Virus record (IMG/VR): IMGVR_UViG_2773858042_000003
Span: 1-64,000 of that record
DNA from: a virus
Lineage: Duplodnaviria; Caudoviricetes
Reading direction: 5' to 3' (one strand)
Length of the DNA stretch: 64,000 bases
Shown: positions 27,826 to 36,008 of the stretch, in pieces
Numbering within the stretch: the stretch's first letter is position 1
Layout of the letters: each line of letters begins with the position of its first letter
Program-made: the position numbers and the translations under genes
Notes under the pieces: generated by a model
What the model was told of the DNA's origin: nothing
The model's input: the letters and a program-made list of their open reading frames with translations, nothing else
Databases searched by the model: none

Positions 27826-28295
27826 GCGGCCCTCGCAAACAAATCTGGCTGCACGGGCGAGGCGGCCCAGCAAAGGAAGTCGACCCAGGCCATGCGCGCC
27901 TCATGGGTCTGCACGCCGTGCATGATGGTGGTGTGATCGCGGCCGCCGAAGATCAGGCCAAGCCGGTCAAAGGACAGGTGCGAGCGTTCAGTCCTGACGG
28001 CATGCATCGCGGCTTGGCGGACGATGCTGGTTCTGCGGTCGCGCGCCGGCCCGATCATGTCGCCGAAGGTGAAGCCGTTTTGCTCGGCGATGCGGGCGAT
28101 CAGGGATCGGGTGGATGCGGAGCATGGCGCGGTCGCTGCCGGCGTGGCGGGCTTTGTGCCGAGCCACATCCAGATCATCCGGTCGAGCATGCCCGGCGTC
28201 TCTTTGACGATCGCGGCCGCCTCATGGAGCGACTTGCCGCCGAGCATCAAGGCCCAGCCGCGCGCCGCCTTGCTGACCTGATAGGGGTTGGTCAT
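27822..28295 (-). CDS. Protein with DnaA domain IV-like HTH
   Basis: RQ.AM, LG..FGGRDHTTIMHG signature. Confidence 0.75.
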   Translation of the reverse strand: MTNPYQVSKAARGWALMLGGKSLHEAAAIVKETPGMLDRMIWMWLGTKPATPAATAPCSASTRSLIARIAEQNGFTFGDMIGPARDRRTSIVRQAAMHAVRTERSHLSFDRLGLIFGGRDHTTIMHGVQTHEARMAWVDFLCWAASPVQPDLFARAA

Positions 28296-28663
28296 GCCGC
28301 GACCCTCGGCGCGCGCGTCAGGCCCCGCTTCTGGATCTGGGTCTTGGTGGCGTCCGCGGAACGGTTCAGGGCATAGGCGCAGGCTTCGGCCGTGGCGCCG
28401 GCCTCGCAATACATCAGGCGAAGGATGCTTAGGTCAGTGTCGGTCCAGGGGCGCGCGGTCTGCGGCGCCATGCCGGTCTGTTCAACCCGCGCTTCGATCG
28501 GAGGCGGGAACATGATGGCCCGCACGTCGGCTTCACAGCGGCCGAGCGCCTTGGCGATCTGTGCCGGCGTCGCGCGCGATCCGAGACGCTGGCGCATCTG
28601 GTCGATCTCCGTCATCGAGACGCCGCCGCGCCGGCTGTTGGCGTAGAGACCGGCTCCGCTCAT
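28292..28663 (-). CDS. Hypothetical DNA-binding protein (tandem Myb/HTH-like)
   Basis: QIAKALGRCEADV and WTDTDL..LRLMY..A.ALNRS. Confidence 0.55.
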   Translation of the reverse strand: MSGAGLYANSRRGGVSMTEIDQMRQRLGSRATPAQIAKALGRCEADVRAIMFPPPIEARVEQTGMAPQTARPWTDTDLSILRLMYCEAGATAEACAYALNRSADATKTQIQKRGLTRAPRVAA

Positions 28664-28821
28664 GACGGACGGACCGCTCGGTTGCCCTGCACGATCACTG
28701 AAAGGCTGGGCGCAACGTCGTCATCGCAACGGAAGACGCCGGGCTTTCCAATCAGGGTGCAGAACTTGCCGCTATCGGCCTGATAGACGCGATCAACGAT
28801 GTGGGTCTGGGGCGCGCTCAT
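28660..28821 (-). CDS. 53-aa hypothetical protein
   Basis: Read by eye; overlaps at both ends (ATGA) with neighbours. Confidence 0.4.
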   Translation of the reverse strand: MSAPQTHIVDRVYQADSGKFCTLIGKPGVFRCDDDVAPSLSVIVQGNRAVRPS

Positions 28822-29060
28822 ACCCGCCACCCCATCGCCCTCTCAGCGGACAGTTGAGCGGTGCGGGCACGATGGACCTCAGCTTCGGCGTGGTGGATCG
28901 AGCGCTTGTCCTTCCGCAGTATGGCGCGGCGAAGCCTGTCCTTGGCGTCGGAAAGATCGCGTTGCGCGGCGAAGGCTCGGGCAACCTTCCGATTCCGGAT
29001 CGGCGCCGTGACGGCTTGAACCGCGACGTGGGCGCGGAGGAAAAGGTAGCCAAGCATCAC
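28818..29060 (-). CDS. Hypothetical protein
   Basis: Translationally coupled in the cro operon. Confidence 0.55.
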   Translation of the reverse strand: MMLGYLFLRAHVAVQAVTAPIRNRKVARAFAAQRDLSDAKDRLRRAILRKDKRSIHHAEAEVHRARTAQLSAERAMGWRV

Positions 29061-29473
29061 GCGGCGCCCTTCTCTTCTGCATCCAGGGCTCGCTCCACGT
29101 CGGCGAGTTCGGTCCTAGCAGTTTGGATCTTGCGGCGGATTTCGCGCCGGACTGACGGCTTGCTACGATCACCCATCCGCACGACCTTGGCGCACTCAAC
29201 CACAGCCTCGACGGCTTCACCGGTCTCGTTCCCAAGATCGGCGACGCGGCGACTGTCGGGCGTATGCGCCATCATGGCGCGGCTGATGATCGGCTGCTTG
29301 GCGTAGGCCTCGAGGGCGATCACGACATCAAGGGCGAGGAAGTTGCCCGATCCGGCGGTTTGGCACCGAGACAGCTGCGTCACCTTCAGGCGACAATGGC
29401 GCGACGCCTCCTCCAATCCGCCACAGGCGTCGATTAGGTCTCGGGTCAGGTCGGCAATGGTCTGTTCGTTCAC
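29057..29473 (-). CDS. CII-like regulatory protein
   Basis: LIDACGG, LSRCQ, LDVV.ALE..A..P.ISRAM pattern; downstream of cro. Confidence 0.55.
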   Translation of the reverse strand: MNEQTIADLTRDLIDACGGLEEASRHCRLKVTQLSRCQTAGSGNFLALDVVIALEAYAKQPIISRAMMAHTPDSRRVADLGNETGEAVEAVVECAKVVRMGDRSKPSVRREIRRKIQTARTELADVERALDAEEKGAA

Positions 29474-29523
29474 GGTATGGACCTGTTTCTATTTCCGATG
29501 CCGGCCCCGCTTCGTGCGCCTAC

Positions 29524-29685
29524 TCAGGCGGCATCAGGCGGAGGTTGATCGGGGTGGGTTTCGTGGTCGTTGGCGGGAAGGGGAGGCGCGGACGCCGGGT
29601 CGCGCTGGACGCTCGGATGGAGCAGGCCGGTCAGTTCCTGGCGGACGACGGCGCGGATCATCTGGAGATCGTCGCTGTTCAGCAT
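29524..29685 (-). CDS. 53-aa hypothetical protein
   Basis: MLNSDDLQMIRAVVRQEL..PPDAA; start overlaps the stop at 29679. Confidence 0.4.
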   Translation of the reverse strand: MLNSDDLQMIRAVVRQELTGLLHPSVQRDPASAPPLPANDHETHPDQPPPDAA

Positions 29686-30062
29686 GGGGTGCTCCGGCGG
29701 GGACCTGGGGGGAGGGCGGCCCCCGCCGGAGCCAGCGACGCCTTGGGAGAAGGCGCGCGCTGTCCTACAGTGGTGTCGCTACAACCCACTGAAGAGGAAA
29801 GCAGATGTTCGATGATGCTGAGGTTGGCGTTCCCTGCCCGAAGTGCGGCCAGGAGAATGTCCGCTCGGTCGGAAGCCTTCGCGCCAAGACCGAGTTTCAA
29901 TGCGCCGGATGCGGTGCAACCATCGTCCCGGACGGTGATCTCGACCAGGGACTGCGGAGGGCTGAGAAGGCCGTTGATGACCTGCGGAAATCGTTCCGCA
30001 AGTTCGGCAAGCGCTAGCGCTTCACCGGCGATCTGCTCAAGCGTTTCGGAGAGCGTCGCCAT
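29679..30062 (-). CDS. Hypothetical protein coupled to cro (contains antisense gene)
   Basis: ATG immediately follows the cro TAG; its stop overlaps the next ATG. Confidence 0.45.
   Translation of the reverse strand: MATLSETLEQIAGEALALAELAERFPQVINGLLSPPQSLVEITVRDDGCTASGALKLGLGAKASDRADILLAALRAGNANLSIIEHLLSSSVGCSDTTVGQRAPSPKASLAPAGAALPPGPRRSTPC
29805..30017 (+). CDS. Small zinc-ribbon protein (YnfU/ECs_2282-like)
   Basis: CPKC...CAGC; GAGGA RBS; TTGGGA-N17-TACAGT at 29743-29771. Confidence 0.7.
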   Translation: MFDDAEVGVPCPKCGQENVRSVGSLRAKTEFQCAGCGATIVPDGDLDQGLRRAEKAVDDLRKSFRKFGKR

Positions 30063-30305
30063 CTATGCCGCCGCCTCTTGGGGAGGGGTGTCGTTGGCGC
30101 GGAGGAGCAGGACGTCAGACGCCTTGACCTTGCCTTTCGTCAGACGCTCGATCTGAAATGCGCGCTCTGGTGACGTTCCAGTTTGACCACGACGGATGCG
30201 GCAGACCTGGGGCTGGCTTAGGCCCAGCTGATCGGCGAGCCATTGGTCGCGCAGCTTGTTTGAGCGCATCCAGCGGGCCAAGGGAGTGATCGTCTTGTCA
30301 TCCAT
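30063..30305 (-). CDS. cro: Cro-like repressor
   Basis: Single XRE HTH (LADQLGLSQPQVCRIRRG), divergent from cI. Confidence 0.85.
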   Translation of the reverse strand: MDDKTITPLARWMRSNKLRDQWLADQLGLSQPQVCRIRRGQTGTSPERAFQIERLTKGKVKASDVLLLRANDTPPQEAAA

Positions 30306-30312
30306 GACTATG

Positions 30313-30365
30313 AATATGCGCCCGACGCATATTATGCGTCAAGCGCATTATGCGTCTGATGCGCT
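30313..30365. promoter_or_regulatory. OR operators and PR promoter
   Basis: ATATGCG-N5-CGCATAT (30314-32), TATGCG-N5-CGCATT (30333-49), weaker third site; minus strand TTGACG-N17-CATATT before cro. Confidence 0.75.
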
Positions 30366-30399
30366 AACGGCTGTCGGCTCGATGTTGCAAAATATGCAC

Positions 30400-30771
30400 A
30401 TGACGACTTCCGGGCCGGGACATTTCCTGAAGCAGTGGCGACAGCACGCGGGCTTGTCTCAGCAGGCAGCCTGCGAAGCAGCTATTGCCCTGATGGAGGA
30501 TCGCGTGGTCGCCGAGGGCGAAGAGGTCGACATCAAGCGACTGGGCCTGACGCAGGGCAACTTGGCGCGCATCGAGAACGGCAAGACGCCCTACAATCAG
30601 CGCCTCTTGGAGATCCTCGCCGAGGTCTACCGTACGGATGTCGCCTCGCTCATCATGCGCAACCCAGAAGACCCGGAAGGCATCTGGTCGATCTACGACC
30701 AAATTCCCGCGTCGCAACGCCCGGTCGCACTCAAGATGCTGAGCGGCCTAAAGACCGGCACCGAAGGCTGA
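30400..30771 (+). CDS. cI: CI-like repressor (XRE HTH, no peptidase domain)
   Basis: LKQWR...GLSQ, LTQGNLARIENGK.PY, LA..Y..DV.SL. Start could be 30382, 30394 or 30400. Confidence 0.8.
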   Translation: MTTSGPGHFLKQWRQHAGLSQQAACEAAIALMEDRVVAEGEEVDIKRLGLTQGNLARIENGKTPYNQRLLEILAEVYRTDVASLIMRNPEDPEGIWSIYDQIPASQRPVALKMLSGLKTGTEG

Positions 30772-30794
30772 CAGCCTTATAGTTGGGGGAGGGG

Positions 30795-31436
30795 ATGCCG
30801 AGCTTTTATCCAGCGGATGTGTCGCCGCAAGTCTCTAATGACCAAGTGGTCGTAAAGCGCCTCTTGCATTTTGCGGCGGGTATGGAGGCGCTAGCTGAAC
30901 ACTCCCTTGTGGACGCTCAGGTCAGCAATCTGCTGACGCAAATGCTGGGTGCAGATCCTAAGCCGGCCATCGCCATGTACGAGACGCTCAACGGCGCCCG
31001 AGCAGAGGCGCGTGCGCTTAAGGCGGTAGGAAAAGAGACGCTGTCTCCTGGCGACAACGCGTTGTTGGCTCGAATAATGACCGTCTGCAAAACGTCGTCA
31101 GATCACCGAGACGCTATAGCACACCGTTTGTGGATGGCTGATGACCAGTATCCCGATGCAGTGGTGCTTGTGGACCCCAAATCTCTTTGGCGGATGAGCA
31201 GTAAGGTCGGGGAAATCAAGGCTAAAGGCCCGGTCACCGACGCATCTGCCCGAAGCGTGCAAGATGACATCCGCGCGGCTTGCCAGATTTGGCGGATGGA
31301 TGACTTTGACTTGGCTAAACGAGCAGCTAGCAAGGCTGTCATTTCATTGATCGCCTTTGGCGAAGTGTTGTCGCTGGGCGATATTCCCGCAGCTTCGCAG
31401 AAGAGATCACAGTTAGACGCTCATCTCTCGACTTAG
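30795..31436 (+). CDS. HEPN-like putative RNase (RX4H)
   Basis: Helical protein with HRDAIAH motif, directly downstream of cI, AT-richer codons. Confidence 0.55.
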   Translation: MPSFYPADVSPQVSNDQVVVKRLLHFAAGMEALAEHSLVDAQVSNLLTQMLGADPKPAIAMYETLNGARAEARALKAVGKETLSPGDNALLARIMTVCKTSSDHRDAIAHRLWMADDQYPDAVVLVDPKSLWRMSSKVGEIKAKGPVTDASARSVQDDIRAACQIWRMDDFDLAKRAASKAVISLIAFGEVLSLGDIPAASQKRSQLDAHLST

Positions 31437-31627
31437 GAGCGGAATGCGTCAGAGCATCTTTTTATGATCCGGGTGGCTGGCCACTCAACGTATGAGGTTT
31501 CAGAAACGTGTACGTGTTCGCCCGCAAAGATAAGGGGTAGGTCGCACATCGCCGCATCAGCTCCGGCCAAGCGCTTTAAGAGCGCCTCGTATCGCTCCAC
31601 AATCTCCTTGGCTTCAGCTTCGGTCAT
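31433..31627 (-). CDS. Small hypothetical protein
   Basis: MTEAEAKEIVERYEALL.., 64 aa. Confidence 0.35.
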   Translation of the reverse strand: MTEAEAKEIVERYEALLKRLAGADAAMCDLPLIFAGEHVHVSETSYVEWPATRIIKRCSDAFRS

Positions 31628-31706
31628 GCGGGAATTTTCCGCCCGAACAGGACTCAGGTCAACCCATAGCAAAACGGCGGCCCCTTATGGGGCCGCCGTT
31701 GGTTGG

Positions 31707-32149
31707 TCAGGCGAATGATACGTCGCCGCGAACAGGCACTGCGAGCCTGACGCCGTAGTGACCCTCGTCGTACTGATTGGTTCGCCAGCCGCCCTGGACA
31801 CGCGCGTCGCAGATCGCGCGTTCAATCCCGCGGATCTCATTGCAGTACCGACCCGCTTGGCCTGCTCGCGTGGCAAATACCCGACCCGACGGCCCTCTAT
31901 CGTCACCATTACGGCATTCGGATCGTATGCGTTGGATGGTTCTAGCACGAGCATAGCCTCGTGCTCCCCATCGTAGCCCAAGCGAGTGTGCTTCCCACAG
32001 ATCGCGATGAGGGCATCCTGATAGTTGCTCTCGCCGACGACCTCCATGCCGAACGACTTTGTGGTCCGAACGACCCGCTTGACGGCTGGCGCGGGGGAAA
32101 CCACAACAGGGGCTTTCGGCTTGCCGAATAGCCAAGACAGTACGCTCAT
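31707..32149 (-). pseudogene. HIRAN-domain protein split by a -1 frameshift near 31823
   Basis: VVGES.YQ, LVLEP.N.YD.NAV.V.I.G..VGYLPR; the C-terminus (AICDARVQGGW..EGHYGVRL) is in another frame. Confidence 0.7.
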
Positions 32150-32201
32150 GAATCACCGCCATGCTGAAAGCATGACGTAAGCGCGCAACGACGAGGCGAG
32201 T

Positions 32202-32435
32202 CTAGGCGGCATCCGCTGGCACTTGGCCCGATCTGGCGATGAGCACGGGATCCATCCAGAAATCGGCCTCCGGCGATCCGGTGACCCGATAGACGACAAC
32301 GCCCGCTGCATAGCCTTTGCAGGACCGGGCGGCGCGGATGGCGGCGTCTCGGCTGAGCAGCCGGCGCATGTGATCCTTCACCAGCCTGCCGGCCGACTTT
32401 TGGTAGGGCTGAACGCAGTAGATCGTTCGCATCAT
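32202..32435 (-). CDS. Hypothetical protein
   Basis: MRTIYCVQPY..GVVVYRVTG.P..D.W.DP.L.A..G.VP, a compact plausible fold. Confidence 0.55.
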   Translation of the reverse strand: MMRTIYCVQPYQKSAGRLVKDHMRRLLSRDAAIRAARSCKGYAAGVVVYRVTGSPEADFWMDPVLIARSGQVPADAA

Positions 32436-32510
32436 CGGGTTATGATTCCCTAGACGACGATGAGAGTCGAGGAGGCGCGGACACACCTACGACCGTTTCT
32501 GTCGTCTGAG

Positions 32511-32563
32511 ATATGCGCCAGACGCATTTTTCTATTGACGCCAAATATGCGTGGGGCGCATAG
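32511..32563 (+). promoter_or_regulatory. OL operators and PL promoter
   Basis: ATATGCG-N5-CGCATTT (32511-29), ATATGCG-N5-CGCATAG (32545-63); TTGACG at 32535 with CATAGT 17 nt downstream. Confidence 0.78.
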
Positions 32564-32586
32564 TCTCTCCATCAACGGAGACCGTC

Positions 32587-32832
32587 ATGTCCCTTCGCGC
32601 CGCCACTGCTGAGATTATCCCGTTCCGCCGCCCGGCCCACGCCGAGAGCCTGATCAAATACACTGCCCGTCTTGCGTGGCTGGATCGCCAAGGCGAGCAG
32701 CACGTCGAGCAGTTCGCCGCCTGGACGGAGCGCGCGGCTACCTGCGCCGCCTGGAAGCGCGCTCGGTCGCTGCGCCTGTCGGGCGAGGCGCTGACCTTCC
32801 GCACGCAACACACTGAGCAGGTCCGCGTCTGA
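32587..32832 (+). CDS. First early-operon hypothetical protein
   Basis: GGAG RBS after PL. Confidence 0.55.
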   Translation: MSLRAATAEIIPFRRPAHAESLIKYTARLAWLDRQGEQHVEQFAAWTERAATCAAWKRARSLRLSGEALTFRTQHTEQVRV

Positions 32833-33383
32833 TGCTGGACTTCAACATCACTACCGCCGGAACGCCGAAGCGGGACATTGACCTGTTCGGCCCAACCACC
32901 GTCCGCATTGATCGCCGACGCAGCGACGAGATCGCCGGCGTACCGGTCCTCTATCTTTCCGCCTATGTCGCCGACGATGAAGCCTTCGCTCAGAAGCTGC
33001 TGGCGGCGCTGGCATGGGTCACGGACGGCACGACTTCACCAGCCAGGGCCGGGGACGCGCCGAACAAGCCGTCCCCGGAAGCTGCGGCCGTCGTCGCCAA
33101 CGACGCGGCGCCGGGCCCCTACACCATGCCCGACTATGTCGAGGACGTGGACTATGCCGAAATCCTGTTCCTGCCTGACGACCTGCAGGCGGCGGACTGG
33201 AAAGCGTGGAGCGCGGCTGTGCTGCGCCGGATCGAGCTGGCGACCACCGCGTCTCAGTTGGCCGATCTCACCAGCGCCAACGCCATCGGGCTGAAGTGGT
33301 GCACCTGGCAGCAGCGCGCACAGATCGGAAAGGCGTTGAACGACGCCTATCAAGTCACCTTTGATCAGGCGGCTGCGGCATGA
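32832..33383 (+). CDS. Hypothetical protein
   Basis: Coupled ORF in the early operon. Confidence 0.55.
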   Translation: MLDFNITTAGTPKRDIDLFGPTTVRIDRRRSDEIAGVPVLYLSAYVADDEAFAQKLLAALAWVTDGTTSPARAGDAPNKPSPEAAAVVANDAAPGPYTMPDYVEDVDYAEILFLPDDLQAADWKAWSAAVLRRIELATTASQLADLTSANAIGLKWCTWQQRAQIGKALNDAYQVTFDQAAAA

Positions 33384-33736
33384 TCCGCGATCACCGCACC
33401 ATCACCACCGCCCAGGCTGCAGTTCTGACGGCGCTGAACGGCAATCGCTCGCTTCAGCGTGCGGCCTCCGAGGGCCAGCCTTTCCGCGTCACCTTCGACG
33501 AGCCGGAGCCGGGCCGCGAACGACCTGCGTTCCCGGAGGCCCTGATCCTGGAAATGATCGAGCAGGGCTTGCTCTCGACATTGCAGGCGGCGGCGCCATG
33601 GCCGGCTCGCAATCTGCCGGCGCGACCCTTCCACGTCAGGCTGACGAAGGAGGGGGACCAGGAGCGTCGACGTCTGGTGACCGGCGTGACAGTGCCGGCG
33701 AACGATGACGCCCCCATGCCGAACAGGGCCGCCTGA
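33380..33736 (+). CDS. Hypothetical protein (winged-helix-like)
   Basis: Coupled ORF; EMIEQGLL...VRLTKEG. Confidence 0.5.
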   Translation: MIRDHRTITTAQAAVLTALNGNRSLQRAASEGQPFRVTFDEPEPGRERPAFPEALILEMIEQGLLSTLQAAAPWPARNLPARPFHVRLTKEGDQERRRLVTGVTVPANDDAPMPNRAA

Positions 33737-34275
33737 TGGGACGTCCTCTCTGGCAGATCGACGCCGACCTTCGACGCCTTCAGGCCGAGAAGAAGGCTGC
33801 GCGCACCCGCACCTTCAAGCCCGGCATGCGCCTTCGGTCGTTTAAGCCCGAAGCCAAGGGCCAGCGTGATCCTCGTCAGGTCGATGCAGCCTATCTGGCG
33901 TGGCTGCACGTCGATACCGACTGCATCGCCTGCTTGATCGAAGGCCGCCCCCATAATCCGCACGGTCTGCAGAGCACGATCGAGGCTGCTCACCAAAATC
34001 TGGCGATAGCGTCGAAGGGCTGGCGCGAGCGGGGAGGGGGCAAGCGCATCCACGATGCCCGTTGCGTGCCGCTCTGCACCCTTCATCACACCGGCCTCCC
34101 GAACGCCTGCGACAACGGTCAGCGGAAGTTTTGGGACCGCCTCGGCCTTGGTGACGCCGTCGCCGATTTCTGCCGCGACCTGCACGCCGCCTTCACCGCC
34201 GACGAGCCCGCGCTCCCAATCATCCATCGGTACGCGATGGACCAGCTGCACCCCCAATCCACCGAAGAGGCATAG
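33736..34275 (+). CDS. DUF968/DUF1364-like HNH-related nuclease
   Basis: YLAWLH...CIAC, EAAH, D..CVPLC..HH, Q..FW. Confidence 0.65.
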   Translation: MGRPLWQIDADLRRLQAEKKAARTRTFKPGMRLRSFKPEAKGQRDPRQVDAAYLAWLHVDTDCIACLIEGRPHNPHGLQSTIEAAHQNLAIASKGWRERGGGKRIHDARCVPLCTLHHTGLPNACDNGQRKFWDRLGLGDAVADFCRDLHAAFTADEPALPIIHRYAMDQLHPQSTEEA

Positions 34276-34279
34276 CCCC

Positions 34280-34948
34280 ATGACCGACACCACCGACCTG
34301 ATCAGCAAGGCTGTCGCCGAGGTCATGACGCCCGAGTTCGTGAAAACTCAGGTGGCAACCCGCGTCCAGAAGCTGGTCACCGAAGCGGTCGATGATGCGC
34401 TTCGCAGCTACAGCGACATCGGCAAACAGATCAAAGAGGCGGTCCACGCCAGCCTGAAGGTCAATGACCTCAACCTCCCGTCCTACGGGCTTCTCGTCAC
34501 TGGTATGATCGAAAAGCAGGTCAAGGACCATGCTAGCGCCTTGATTGATGCGCGCCTGGCCGAGGACATCCGCGAACTACTGAACATCGCGCCCGCCGAG
34601 ATCAAACTTTCAGAGATCGCCGAAGGCATGATCGAAGGCCGGCACGATGAAGATTATGGCGAGGTCATCACCGTCATCGTCGAGCGCAGCGATTACGGCT
34701 CAACCTGGCTTTATCTGGACGAAGAGGAGCACCGCCCGGCCCGCGACAAGTACCAGTGCCAGCACAGCCTGTTGCTGAACAAGGACGGCACGATCAGTAG
34801 CGCGCGGATCGACAAACGCGACCTCAAGGCCACCCAGAGCATCGGGCGCTGCTACGGCCTGCCGGACAAGATCCGTGCCTACTATGCGGCCGGAACCAAG
34901 ATCATCCTGGATGAAGACGCCGTGGTCACCTCAGTCGGGGACTACTGA
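34280..34948 (+). CDS. Hypothetical protein
   Basis: 222-aa ORF, good codon bias; start MTDTT. Confidence 0.6.
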   Translation: MTDTTDLISKAVAEVMTPEFVKTQVATRVQKLVTEAVDDALRSYSDIGKQIKEAVHASLKVNDLNLPSYGLLVTGMIEKQVKDHASALIDARLAEDIRELLNIAPAEIKLSEIAEGMIEGRHDEDYGEVITVIVERSDYGSTWLYLDEEEHRPARDKYQCQHSLLLNKDGTISSARIDKRDLKATQSIGRCYGLPDKIRAYYAAGTKIILDEDAVVTSVGDY

Positions 34949-34950
34949 CC

Positions 34951-35208
34951 ATGGCGCCGATCACCAGCAGCGATGGCTCCCGCTTCGGCGATACGCCCCT
35001 GTCGTTCGAAATGACCCGTTTCGAATCCGGCGGGATGAACAAGCGCAGCTTCTGGCGTTTCGCCGTCTCCCGCTACATCGGCCATCCGATGATCGAGGTG
35101 GACGCCGACCTCGAAATCCTGCGCGCCATGCGGACATACATCGATCGCGCCATCCAGACCGTGGAAACCGATGGAAATCGGTCTCTCGCCTCCAACAGGG
35201 AGGGCTAG
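34951..35208 (+). CDS. Hypothetical protein
   Basis: In-operon ORF. Confidence 0.5.
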   Translation: MAPITSSDGSRFGDTPLSFEMTRFESGGMNKRSFWRFAVSRYIGHPMIEVDADLEILRAMRTYIDRAIQTVETDGNRSLASNREG

Positions 35209-35211
35209 AGG

Positions 35212-35673
35212 ATGTCTGACCATTCCATCACATCGCTGATCGAGAAGCTGGAAGGGGCTGAGGGTCCGTCCATCGTTCTTGACGCCGAAATCTGCTGGAC
35301 GCTGGAACGCCCCCGCGCGATCCAAGCATTCTGGCGCGGGGCTATGGGCAAGCCGGGGCCGTTGCCCGACGAGTTTTCCCGCTTGCCGCGCGGGTTGGGC
35401 ATGGCCTCTCTGGAAGTCGGATCGCCCAACTACACTGCATCCCTAGACGCCGCTCTGGCGCTGGCTGAGCGGGTATTGCCGGGACACGACTGGAGCCTTG
35501 GTCATCTGCCAACGTCCGACGACGCCGACCACCAAGAGCATCACGAGTTCGGGTGCTTCTTCTACGCCCATCCCCATGTCGCCTCTCGGCAAGACGGGCT
35601 GGGTCACGGCGCAACAGCACCGTTGGCAATGGTTACGGCCATCCTCCGCGCTCATTCGGAGGCCCGCGTCTGA
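35212..35673 (+). CDS. Hypothetical phage protein
   Basis: LI.KLE.AEGPS..LDAEI, P.YTASLDAA.AL.ERVLPG..W, typical of alphaproteobacterial phages. Confidence 0.65.
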   Translation: MSDHSITSLIEKLEGAEGPSIVLDAEICWTLERPRAIQAFWRGAMGKPGPLPDEFSRLPRGLGMASLEVGSPNYTASLDAALALAERVLPGHDWSLGHLPTSDDADHQEHHEFGCFFYAHPHVASRQDGLGHGATAPLAMVTAILRAHSEARV

Positions 35674-36008
35674 TGGGGGAGAAGCAGGGACAACCCAACA
35701 ACGCGCGGCTGATCGCTGAACTGCAAGCCGTGACGCTCGGCATCCACCTCGTCGGCCTGGATCGGCTGCCGGAGGTCATGGGTCCGGGTTCCAAGGCGGC
35801 TATCTCAGAAAGCCCGTACGATGACTGCGATCCTGAGCCAGACGGTGACGATGACGACGGTCTGGACGAGTGCGGCATGTATGCCGACGGTTTCTGCTCA
35901 CTCGTGGGAACGGAGTGGTGCGACTGGTCGTGTCCCAGGGGCGGTTTAGACGCCACCCGCCCCACCGGAGAAGACAGCCCCGCAACTGAGGGGGAGGGGG
36001 AGTCGTGA
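35673..36008 (+). CDS. Cys-rich hypothetical protein
   Basis: CG...DG.CSL.GTEWCDW.CP. Confidence 0.55.
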   Translation: MGEKQGQPNNARLIAELQAVTLGIHLVGLDRLPEVMGPGSKAAISESPYDDCDPEPDGDDDDGLDECGMYADGFCSLVGTEWCDWSCPRGGLDATRPTGEDSPATEGEGES

